Shown here piece by piece: positions 42,444 to 50,433 of a stretch of DNA of 64,000 nt (within the stretch, counting starts at the first letter, position 1; every line of letters begins with the position of its first letter). The notes below the pieces were generated by a model. The model was given only the letters and a program-made list of their open reading frames with translations, did not search any database and was not told the origin of the DNA. A program made the translations under genes and the position numbers. Origin of the DNA: Gammaproteobacteria bacterium. GTDB taxonomy: Bacteria; Pseudomonadota; Gammaproteobacteria; Nevskiales; Nevskiaceae. The stretch spans positions 37,986 to 101,985 of the forward strand of contig JAPLSB010000008.1 of NCBI GenBank assembly GCA_026398875.1. Reading direction: 5' to 3'.

Positions 42444-43201
42444 CCGCGGCGGCGAAATCGAACAGCCGTTTGCGCAGAAGTTGGCAGTTTCGGCGATGGT
42501 GAGCGCTCGTTCGTCGCTGCTTGGGGCAATCCGGCGCGCCTGACATGTCGCGTCGCGCTCGGCGTCGCCGTTCAGCAGCAGGAAAGAGCCGTCTGGTGAC
42601 GATAATCGCTCCGAATCAAGGAGGTCTGTGCACTATCACCGCTCGGGGCTGCCAAATTAATCAGGAAAGCGCCAACATGCCGAATTCATGAAAGTTTCAC
42701 ATTCACGAACTCCAGTGATTGGCAGCGAGCCATCGAGGGCAAACCCTTCGTGTCTTGACGCGCGCCGGTGGCGCAGTTGGGCCACTTTGCGCTGCTTTCG
42801 GCCGCCATGGCAGCCACAGCAGCAGCAGCCGGCGCCTTGCAGGGATTCCTTGCCAAAGCTTCATCTTTGTGACGCTGTCGCCGATGCATTGCTGCTAGTG
42901 CACTTTCGCTCCTATATCAGCCCGTCAGTACTCCGTATACTTGTTGCGCTGCAGCGACCGCGCCGATGCAGCGCCGAGCGCCCGTGTCGTGCAAGGGCGA
43001 CGCACGTGGCGAAAAGCCTCCGCTGATCAACATCTTGTGAATCAGGACAGCGGGCGTGGCGCGAAACATGCAGTCAATATTGGGCCTACAGGATTGGCAG
43101 TAGGCAGCATGATGAAAACCGGCGGTCGCCCGGGCGAAGTAGTCATCTGAATTTTTGAGCGCTCAGCAGAGCGCACTCGATCGGAAAAGAGGAAGTCAAC
43201 A
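42444..43201 (+). promoter_or_regulatory. Long AT-richer non-coding promoter/leader region upstream of algD
   Basis: About 760 bp with no convincing ORF. Visibly lower GC than its surroundings (runs such as AAATTAATCAGGAAAG, TTCATGAAAGTTTCACATTCAC, TCTGAATTTTTGAG). GAGGAAG RBS 7 nt before the algD GTG. Candidate sigma70 pair TTGCTG (42889-42894) - 18 nt - TATATC (42913-42918). Confidence 0.5.
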
Positions 43202-44512
43202 GTGCAAATCAGCATTTTCGGAATGGGGTACGTCGGCGCCGTCTGTGCAGCCTGCCTTTCGGATTACGGGCATGACGTGATCGGTGTCGACGTGTCCGCC
43301 CTGAAGGTCAAGCTGATCAACTCCGGCCAGTCGCCGATCGTTGAGCCGGGTCTCGGCGAATTGCTCGAAAAGGGCGTGGCCGCCGGCAAGCTGCGCGCCA
43401 CCACCGATACCGAGGAAGCGATTCTGGGCTCGGAACTGACGATGATCTGCGTCGGCACGCCGAGCAAGCGGAACGGTGACCTTGACCTGCGCTACGTCGA
43501 TCAGGTCTGCCGCGAGATCGGTGCGGTGCTGAAGACCAAGTCAGCGCGCCACACCGTCGTCGTCCGCAGCACCGTGCTGCCGGGAACCGTCAAAAACGTG
43601 GTTATCCCAGCGCTCGAGCAGTCGTCCGGCAAGAAGGCCGGAGCCGACTTCGGCGTTGCCGTGAACCCGGAATTCCTGCGCGAAAGCACGGCCATCGCGG
43701 ACTATCGCGAGCCGCCGATGACGGTGATCGGCGAACTTGACGCCGCGTCCGGCGAAGGTCTGGCGTCGATCTACTCGGTGCTTCCGGCGGCCGTGTTCCG
43801 CCGCCCGATCGAAGTCGCCGAGATGGTCAAGTACACCTGCAATGTCTGGCACGCGACCAAGGTCACGTTCGCCAACGAGATCGGCAACATCGCCAAGGCC
43901 TGCGGCGTCGATGGTCGCGAAGTGATGAAGCTGATCTGCGAGGACGACAAGCTCAACCTGTCGTCTTACTACATGAAGCCGGGCTTCGCGTTCGGTGGCT
44001 CATGCCTGCCGAAGGATCTTCGCGCGCTGAACTACCGCTCCACGCAGGTCGAATCGGACAACCCGATGCTGGCCTCGATCATGCGCAGCAACGTGACTCA
44101 GGTCGAGCGTGCGTTCAATCTGGTCGCCGGTTTCGGCAAGCGCAACGTCGCGTTGCTGGGTCTTGCGTTCAAGTCCGGCACCGATGACCTCCGCGAAAGC
44201 CCGCTGGTCGATCTCGCCGAAATGCTGATCGGCAAGGGCTACTCGTTGAAGGTGTTCGACCGCAACGTCGACCACGCCCGCGTCATGGGCACAAACAAGG
44301 ACTACATCGACTCGAAGATTCCGCACGTCTCGAAGCTGCTGACGTCGAGCCTTGCCGAAGTGGTCGACAGCGCCGACATCGTCGTGCTCGGCAACAAGGA
44401 CCCGGAGTTCGCCGATGTCATTGCCAACCTGAAGCCGGGCGTGAAGCTCGTCGATCTCGTCGGCTTCATGCAGACGACGTCGACCGCCGACGCCCAGGGA
44501 ATCTGCTGGTAA
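43202..44512 (+). CDS. algD: GDP-mannose 6-dehydrogenase
   Basis: 436 aa, GTG start. (M)QISIFGMGYVGAVCAACLS...ICVGTPSKRNGDLDL...GFAFGGSCLPKD...ends GICW. Collinear with Pseudomonas AlgD as I recall it, including the catalytic Cys motif and the C-terminus. Confidence 0.95.
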   Translation: MQISIFGMGYVGAVCAACLSDYGHDVIGVDVSALKVKLINSGQSPIVEPGLGELLEKGVAAGKLRATTDTEEAILGSELTMICVGTPSKRNGDLDLRYVDQVCREIGAVLKTKSARHTVVVRSTVLPGTVKNVVIPALEQSSGKKAGADFGVAVNPEFLRESTAIADYREPPMTVIGELDAASGEGLASIYSVLPAAVFRRPIEVAEMVKYTCNVWHATKVTFANEIGNIAKACGVDGREVMKLICEDDKLNLSSYYMKPGFAFGGSCLPKDLRALNYRSTQVESDNPMLASIMRSNVTQVERAFNLVAGFGKRNVALLGLAFKSGTDDLRESPLVDLAEMLIGKGYSLKVFDRNVDHARVMGTNKDYIDSKIPHVSKLLTSSLAEVVDSADIVVLGNKDPEFADVIANLKPGVKLVDLVGFMQTTSTADAQGICW

Positions 44513-44542
44513 GGCGTTCACTGCCAGGTCCGCGAGCACGTC

Positions 44543-46081
44543 ATGAGCCAGTCCAACCCGGCTGACGCAGTTCAGTCCGATGCGTCGTGGCAGTCGCTGG
44601 TCCGCGATTTTGCAGGCTGGATATCGCTGCTGGCGCTGATCGGCGGTCTGGCACTGCTGTTGCCGGGCTTCACTTTCGATCCTTCGCAGTCGCATTTCCT
44701 GGTTGCGGTCGGCGTTGTCGGCTTGTGGCGATATGCGTTGCGCGCCGTGCATTTCGTGCGCGCGATGTGGTTCCTGTACGTGGCGTACCCGCGGATGCGC
44801 GAACGGGCCGCCATGGCAGGAGCCGCCTCGGATCCGTCGCAGGCGTACTTCATGGTCACCAGCTTCCGGATCGACGTCGAGACGACCGCCCGGGTGTATC
44901 GGGCGATCATCGAACAAGCGATTGAATGCGGCTACCGAAGCACGGTGGTCGCATCAATCGTTGAGTACGGCGACGAGCTGCTGATGCGCGCGCTCTGGGA
45001 CACCTACCAGCCTCCGGAGCGCGTCTCGCTGAAGATCGTGCGCATTCCAGGAACCGGCAAGCGCGATGGGCTTGCGTTCGGTTTCCGCGCCATTGCTCGC
45101 GACTGCCCGGATCACCGCGCTCTGGTGGCCGTGATTGACGGGGATTCGGTGCTCGTGCCCGGCATGATGCGCAAGTGCGCGCAGATGTTTCATCTGCTGC
45201 CCGACGTTGGTGCGATGACCACCAACGAGTTCTGCACCGTGCTGGGCTCGAAGCTGATGAGCGAGTGGCACAAGCTGCGTTTCGCCGAGCGCCATCTCAA
45301 TATGTGCTCGATGGCGCTCAGCCGTCGCGTGCTGACGCTGACCGGACGCATGTCGGTATTCCGCGCCCACATCGTCACTCAGCACTCGTTCATCTCGGAC
45401 GTCGAGAATGACTCGATCCTGCACTGGCGCCTCGGCCGAGTGAAGTTCCTGACCGGTGATGACAAGTCGTCGTGGTACAGCGTCGTCAAGCACGGCTGGC
45501 GGACCTTCTACCTGCCCGATGCCGCGATCGAGACCATCGAGCATCCGCCGAATCCGAGCCTCCTGAAAAGCAGTCGTACGCTGATGTTTCGCTGGTACGG
45601 GAACTCGCTTCGCCAGAATGGCCGCGCCCGCGAACTCGGGCCACGTCGGCTCGGCTGGTTCACCTATTACGTGCTGCAGGATCAGCGCGTGCAGATGTGG
45701 ACCGGTCTGCTGGGTCTGCTGGCGACGGTCCTGGCCAGCATCAAATACAACTTCAACTACCTGATCGTGTTCCTGGTCTGGATCGCGGTCACGCGCTGTC
45801 TGATGTGTGTGATGCTGATGACAGCAGGGCATCGCGTGGGTCCGCTGTATCCACCGCTGATGTACTACAACCAGGTGCTCGGTTCGATCATCAAGATCAT
45901 CGTGTTCTTCTTCCCCGACCGTCAGTCGTGGACGCGGCAGAAAACCACGCTGACCAAGCACCTGGACCCGTTCCACGCGCGTTTCAACACGCTGTCGTCA
46001 CGAATCATGCTGTTCTCGGCCTGCAGCGTGTTCGCGGCCGTTGTCACGACCATCGTCACCTTCAAGTCGCCGTTCGGCTGA
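44543..46081 (+). CDS. alg8: Alginate (mannuronan) synthase glycosyltransferase Alg8
   Basis: VTSFRIDVETTARVY...RIPGTGKRDGLA...VIDGDSVL...TNEFC...LTGRMSVFRA...LTGDDKSSW...RWYGNSLRQN are GT2/Alg8 hallmarks, with C-terminal TM helices. Confidence 0.93.
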   Translation: MSQSNPADAVQSDASWQSLVRDFAGWISLLALIGGLALLLPGFTFDPSQSHFLVAVGVVGLWRYALRAVHFVRAMWFLYVAYPRMRERAAMAGAASDPSQAYFMVTSFRIDVETTARVYRAIIEQAIECGYRSTVVASIVEYGDELLMRALWDTYQPPERVSLKIVRIPGTGKRDGLAFGFRAIARDCPDHRALVAVIDGDSVLVPGMMRKCAQMFHLLPDVGAMTTNEFCTVLGSKLMSEWHKLRFAERHLNMCSMALSRRVLTLTGRMSVFRAHIVTQHSFISDVENDSILHWRLGRVKFLTGDDKSSWYSVVKHGWRTFYLPDAAIETIEHPPNPSLLKSSRTLMFRWYGNSLRQNGRARELGPRRLGWFTYYVLQDQRVQMWTGLLGLLATVLASIKYNFNYLIVFLVWIAVTRCLMCVMLMTAGHRVGPLYPPLMYYNQVLGSIIKIIVFFFPDRQSWTRQKTTLTKHLDPFHARFNTLSSRIMLFSACSVFAAVVTTIVTFKSPFG

Positions 46082-46116
46082 TCGCGGCTCCTCCTTCTCG
46101 TCACGGAAACACTTGC

Positions 46117-47292
46117 ATGGCTCAACCAAGCCCCTCCCGGATCGTTCACGAGTCCGAAGCGCAGCGCCAGTTCGTCAGGGTCAAGCTGCCGGCGACGATC
46201 CAGTTCACTGCCGACGGTGCCCGCAAGCAGTTTCAGCTGCACGATATCTCTGCAGGGGGCTTCAGCTTCGACCCCGGCAGCGACACGCTGAAGGTTGGTG
46301 CCGTCCACACCGGCCACGTCGTGCTCAACGTCGACTCGGTCGGATTCACGATTCCGGTGACCTTCGAAGTCCGTACCGTCGATGCCCAGACCGGCCGCGT
46401 CGGCTGCTTCTTCCAGGAGCTCGGCATCAAGGAAGTCTCCGCACTGCGTCAGGTCATCACATCGTTCCTGGGCGGCGAACTGGTCAGCACCGGTGAGATG
46501 CTGACCACGCTGTCGCGCGAGAACTTCGTACGCGCCCGCAGCGGCGGCGGCGGTCTCAGTGCCGGCGGCAAGCTGCGCGCCATCATCGGCACGAGCGTCG
46601 CGCTGGTGGTCGGCCTGGTCGCCTTCAGCTACGCCGCCATCAGGCTCTATGACCTGGTGTTCGTCACCCATGCGACGGCAGCCAAGGTCGCGGCAACGAC
46701 CTTCACGATCAACATGCCGCGTGACGGCACCTTCTTCCCGCTGGTCAAAGAAGGCGGCACGATCAAGAAGGGACAGGCCGTCGGCCAGTTCGAGACGGCG
46801 CTGCTGCAGGTCGTCGAAGGTGTCTCCGGTTCGTTCAAGCTGACGGCGGAGCAGCTGACGGCGCTGATCGGCGAACAATTGCGCGGCTCGATTGCCAGCC
46901 CATGCGACTGCATCGTCCAGAAGGCCTACAGCGTCGGGGGTCAGTACGTGTTGCGCAATCAGGCCGTGATGGAACTGGTGCCGGAAGGCACCAAGCCGTA
47001 CATCCTGGCCCGCTTCCACTATGACCAGATGAAGCGCCTGCCGATCGGCCGCGAAGTCGTGCTGCGCGTCAACGGTTCGCCAGAAACGCTGACCGGCAAG
47101 GTCACGAACCTGCGCGTGCTGCCGGCACCGACGATCGACAGCAATGGTCTGAATGATCTGAACGGTCTCGATACCAGCGCCGCGATCACCGACATCATTG
47201 CGGTGATCACGCCGGACGTGGAACTTGAAACCTCGCGCATCGACCAGCCGGTCGAGATCTTCGTCGACCCGCTGAATCAGTACTTCCGGTGA
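46117..47292 (+). CDS. alg44: Alginate co-polymerase Alg44 (PilZ c-di-GMP receptor plus membrane-fusion-like domain)
   Basis: 391 aa. N-terminal PilZ with R17-QFV-R21 and D43-I-S-A-G-G48, a single TM (AIIGTSVALVVGLVAFSYAAI) and a periplasmic MFP-like C-terminus. Confidence 0.9.
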   Translation: MAQPSPSRIVHESEAQRQFVRVKLPATIQFTADGARKQFQLHDISAGGFSFDPGSDTLKVGAVHTGHVVLNVDSVGFTIPVTFEVRTVDAQTGRVGCFFQELGIKEVSALRQVITSFLGGELVSTGEMLTTLSRENFVRARSGGGGLSAGGKLRAIIGTSVALVVGLVAFSYAAIRLYDLVFVTHATAAKVAATTFTINMPRDGTFFPLVKEGGTIKKGQAVGQFETALLQVVEGVSGSFKLTAEQLTALIGEQLRGSIASPCDCIVQKAYSVGGQYVLRNQAVMELVPEGTKPYILARFHYDQMKRLPIGREVVLRVNGSPETLTGKVTNLRVLPAPTIDSNGLNDLNGLDTSAAITDIIAVITPDVELETSRIDQPVEIFVDPLNQYFR

Positions 47293-47299
47293 TGGCCTG

Positions 47300-49036
47300 A
47301 TGCGTTTTGTCGCCACAGCCGGTGTCGCTGCCCTGCTTGCCTGTTCTGCAGGCTGTTCGTCCGTTTCGGTCAAGACGGGAATCCCGGTCCTGAGCAAAGG
47401 CGGCGAAGGCATCCTGATCGATCAGGCGCGCGGCCTGCCTGATCTGGAACGCGGCAAGCAGGCGCGGCTATCGGGCAATCCGGACGCCGCGCTGCTCGAC
47501 CTGAAACCGCTGGCCGAACAGGGCTATCCGGATGCGATGGTCCAGCTCGCCGGCCTCTATCAGGATCGTGGAACGATCGCGAGCCTCGACGATGCCGAGC
47601 AGTGGTACCGCAAGGCCAAGGAATCAATCCCTGAAGCCGGCCTGTCGCTGGCCGGCCTTCTGATCAATCGCGGTAACCGGCAACTGATCCCGGAGATCGA
47701 CGCGCTGATCCGTGATGCGGATCGCCGCAGCAACCCGGAGGCGGATAGCGCACGTCTGAAACTGCTGATGCAGTTTCCGGATCTTGATGTCGACGGCGTT
47801 GGAGACAGGATCGTCAGGCGCGCCCTTGAGTCCGATCTTCCCGAAGTGCAGACGCAGGCACTGATCTGGTACCGGCTGAACATCGCGCGTGATGGCTACG
47901 CCGCGGCACTTGAGACCAGCTGCTCGAAGCTGCTCGAGGTCGACCCCGCGTGCTACGTCGACCTCGCCCACTTCTATCGCTACCGCGGCGAGCGCGACCG
48001 CCTGAACAAGCTGGTCGATGACGCGCTGATCGTGTTCCAGGCCGCAGCGGGCAACGGCACTGCCGACCGCGCCGATTCGGCGCGGCTGTATCGCGAACCG
48101 ATCGACTATGGCTCGCTGGCCGGTCGACTGGCGGCAGCGATGGTCGACGAAATGCTCGACGAAGACGACGACCTGGCGAAGGAGCGTCTGTCGGGTCTGA
48201 TTCAGGACGTCGAGGACGATGAAGCGACAGAAGCGCTGGTGTCGGCGCCACTGACCACCGACATCGTGTCCGAGACCCCCGGTGCCGCTGCAGCGGCTGC
48301 CCAGGCCAGCGCCACCCAGATCGTGGAACTGGCGGACAAGATCCTGCGCTGGATGCTGGCCAAGGACGCCGGCTTTCGCGCCGAAGCGGCGATCGTGGCC
48401 GTCCGGTTTCCGTTCCTGCTGCCGGAACTCGATCTTGAAGCCACGCTGCGTCCTGTCGTCGACGCTGGCGACCCGGCTGCCGCTCAGGCGCTCGCAAATC
48501 TTCTGTTCAACGGTCAGCGTGGCTACCGCAAACCCTACGAGGCGATCGACCTCTACAAGCGTTGCCTGAACTACGTCGAGACCAAGACCCGTGCCGAGAT
48601 GTCGCTCGGTCGCGCCTACCAGCTTGGCATTCTTGGCAATCCTGACCCGCAGGCGGCGCTGGAGTACTTCCTGCGCGCCGGACGCGCGGGGTCGGTACAG
48701 GCCTACATCGGCCTGGCGCGCATGTTCAGCGGCGTTCCCGGGGTTCGCCCGAACCGCGTCAACACCTATGTGTTCGCGCGCCGCGCACGGGACGGCGGTC
48801 GCTCGCTGCTGTTCCGCGTCCGCAAGCTGAAGCTGCTGACCACGTTGCCGGTCACCATCGACGCTGCGGAAATGTTCGACATCGAAAAAACCACGCTGCT
48901 CGACTACGTCAACGGTGAAATGACACCGCAGGAACGCGAGCAGGCGAAAGCCTTGTATGAAGCGGAGAAAGCGTTCCAGCCCGTGCTGAGGCAACCGATC
49001 CCGCCTGATATCTACACCAAAGGACGCGCTTCATGA
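47300..49036 (+). CDS. algK: Alginate secretion TPR/Sel1-like lipoprotein AlgK (elongated)
   Basis: Lipobox LLACSAGC. GYPDAMVQLAGLY and ...GRAGSVQAYIGLARMFSGVPGVRPNRVNTYVF parallel Pseudomonas AlgK. 578 aa, compared with about 475 aa as I remember it. Confidence 0.85.
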   Translation: MRFVATAGVAALLACSAGCSSVSVKTGIPVLSKGGEGILIDQARGLPDLERGKQARLSGNPDAALLDLKPLAEQGYPDAMVQLAGLYQDRGTIASLDDAEQWYRKAKESIPEAGLSLAGLLINRGNRQLIPEIDALIRDADRRSNPEADSARLKLLMQFPDLDVDGVGDRIVRRALESDLPEVQTQALIWYRLNIARDGYAAALETSCSKLLEVDPACYVDLAHFYRYRGERDRLNKLVDDALIVFQAAAGNGTADRADSARLYREPIDYGSLAGRLAAAMVDEMLDEDDDLAKERLSGLIQDVEDDEATEALVSAPLTTDIVSETPGAAAAAAQASATQIVELADKILRWMLAKDAGFRAEAAIVAVRFPFLLPELDLEATLRPVVDAGDPAAAQALANLLFNGQRGYRKPYEAIDLYKRCLNYVETKTRAEMSLGRAYQLGILGNPDPQAALEYFLRAGRAGSVQAYIGLARMFSGVPGVRPNRVNTYVFARRARDGGRSLLFRVRKLKLLTTLPVTIDAAEMFDIEKTTLLDYVNGEMTPQEREQAKALYEAEKAFQPVLRQPIPPDIYTKGRAS

Positions 49037-50433
49037 ACAGACCGTCGCTGTTGCCCATCGCTGCTGCAGGCCTTCTTGCAACGGCCAGCATGCCGTGCGC
49101 CGCAGTCGAGATCGGGACCGCACTGCGGACCTCGCTCGGCGGACAGGCCGACGGTGCGCGTGATCTTGGCCTCGGTGATCAGTCGAGCAACGAGATCCTC
49201 TACGTCAATCTCGCACCGCGGCTGTCCATCGAGTTCAGCCGTGACTGGGTCTTCTATCTGCGTGCGCGCGCCTTCATGCCGACCGGAGACGTGCTCGACA
49301 CCGATGAAGGTCAGACCACGCTGTCGCGCCGGGTCAGCAGCTTCGTCAAGCTCGACGAGGCATGGATGCGTTTCGGCGGATTCACCAGCTACCCGGGCGA
49401 GTCGGTGCGCATCGGCCACCAGTTCATTCGCGAGAACGAGCGCGGCTTCGTCGGTCGCGACGTCGATGCGCTGTACTGGGTGCTCAACACCACTCGATTC
49501 CAGTCGAGTGCCGGCGTGTTCTACCAGTTCAATGCCTACCGCTCGGACGGCATCGATCTGCCGCTCGATCAGCGCAAGCGCGTCTACGGCTACGGCAATA
49601 TCTCGACCGACTGGATGCCCCAGCATCAGGCCGGCTTCCGTGGCCTGCACGCTCGCGATGTCGGCGGGCTTCCGGGTTCCGGCCAGCCGATCAACGCCGA
49701 GACCAAGCTTGAAGAGGTCAATCTGACCTGGCTGGGCGTCTACCTGAGCAACGGGTATCTGAACCCGCGCAAGCCGAACACCTTCAAGTACTGGCTGGAC
49801 GCGACCTATCTGGTCGGCAACACGTTGTCGAACACCGTGGCGGCCAATCGCCTGACGGGCGGGCTGGACAAGCAATCGATCAGCGCGGTCGCCAGCACGG
49901 TCGGCGTGCGCTGGCGTCCGGGCGTGCTGCCGCTGCTGGTGGGTGCCGAGTACGCGTACAGCGGCGGCGGCACCCAGAGCCAGTACCGGCAGAGCGGCCT
50001 GCAGAGCAACGGGACGCCGTTCACCGGCATCACCACGTCCACCTATCGCTACAACGAGGCCTTGCGTGCGCAGCTCGGCAACCTGCGGGTCGCCACGCTT
50101 TACACCTCGTACAGCCTGCCGAACGACGAAGTGTCGTTGATCGTCCAGAAGTTCAACAAGGACGACCGCTTCGCGCCGATTCTCACCAACAACGTCTCGG
50201 CCGATACCGGCCCGTCCAGCGACATCGGCTACGGCATCGATGTGGTGGCAAGCCACTATCTGCCGACCTTCGGCGTACTGAAGGATCTGTACGAAGACGA
50301 CGACAGCGTCAGCGAGGATCCGCGTTCGGCGATCCGGCTGCGTGCCTCGCTGTTCAATCCCGGCAAGGCCTATGCGTCCGGCGCGGACATCAACTACCGC
50401 GTGATTCTCGAGGCATCGTTGTGGGTGTTCTGA
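49033..50433 (+). CDS. algE: Alginate export outer-membrane beta-barrel porin AlgE
   Basis: Signal peptide. TSYPGESVRIGHQFIRE, LTWLGVY, GAEYAYSGGG, QQSGLQSN-like segments and the terminal ...EASLWVF (aromatic C-terminus). ATGA overlap with algK. Confidence 0.9.
   Translation: MNRPSLLPIAAAGLLATASMPCAAVEIGTALRTSLGGQADGARDLGLGDQSSNEILYVNLAPRLSIEFSRDWVFYLRARAFMPTGDVLDTDEGQTTLSRRVSSFVKLDEAWMRFGGFTSYPGESVRIGHQFIRENERGFVGRDVDALYWVLNTTRFQSSAGVFYQFNAYRSDGIDLPLDQRKRVYGYGNISTDWMPQHQAGFRGLHARDVGGLPGSGQPINAETKLEEVNLTWLGVYLSNGYLNPRKPNTFKYWLDATYLVGNTLSNTVAANRLTGGLDKQSISAVASTVGVRWRPGVLPLLVGAEYAYSGGGTQSQYRQSGLQSNGTPFTGITTSTYRYNEALRAQLGNLRVATLYTSYSLPNDEVSLIVQKFNKDDRFAPILTNNVSADTGPSSDIGYGIDVVASHYLPTFGVLKDLYEDDDSVSEDPRSAIRLRASLFNPGKAYASGADINYRVILEASLWVF

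Noticed and set aside
42686-43026. ORFs 42686..42889(-) and 42688..43026(+) in the algD upstream region
   Set aside because: They mutually overlap on opposite strands, have poor codon usage for this genome, and have no RBS or family resemblance. The region is better treated as regulatory/non-coding.
43114-43149. AlgU/sigma-E-type promoter (GAACTT-N16/17-TCTGA) in front of algD
   Set aside because: A TCTGA is present at 43145-43149, but the nearest GAA-containing -35 candidate (GAAAAC, 43114-43119) is 25 nt away. GAACTC at 42707-42712 has no TCnnA at the correct spacing. No acceptable match.
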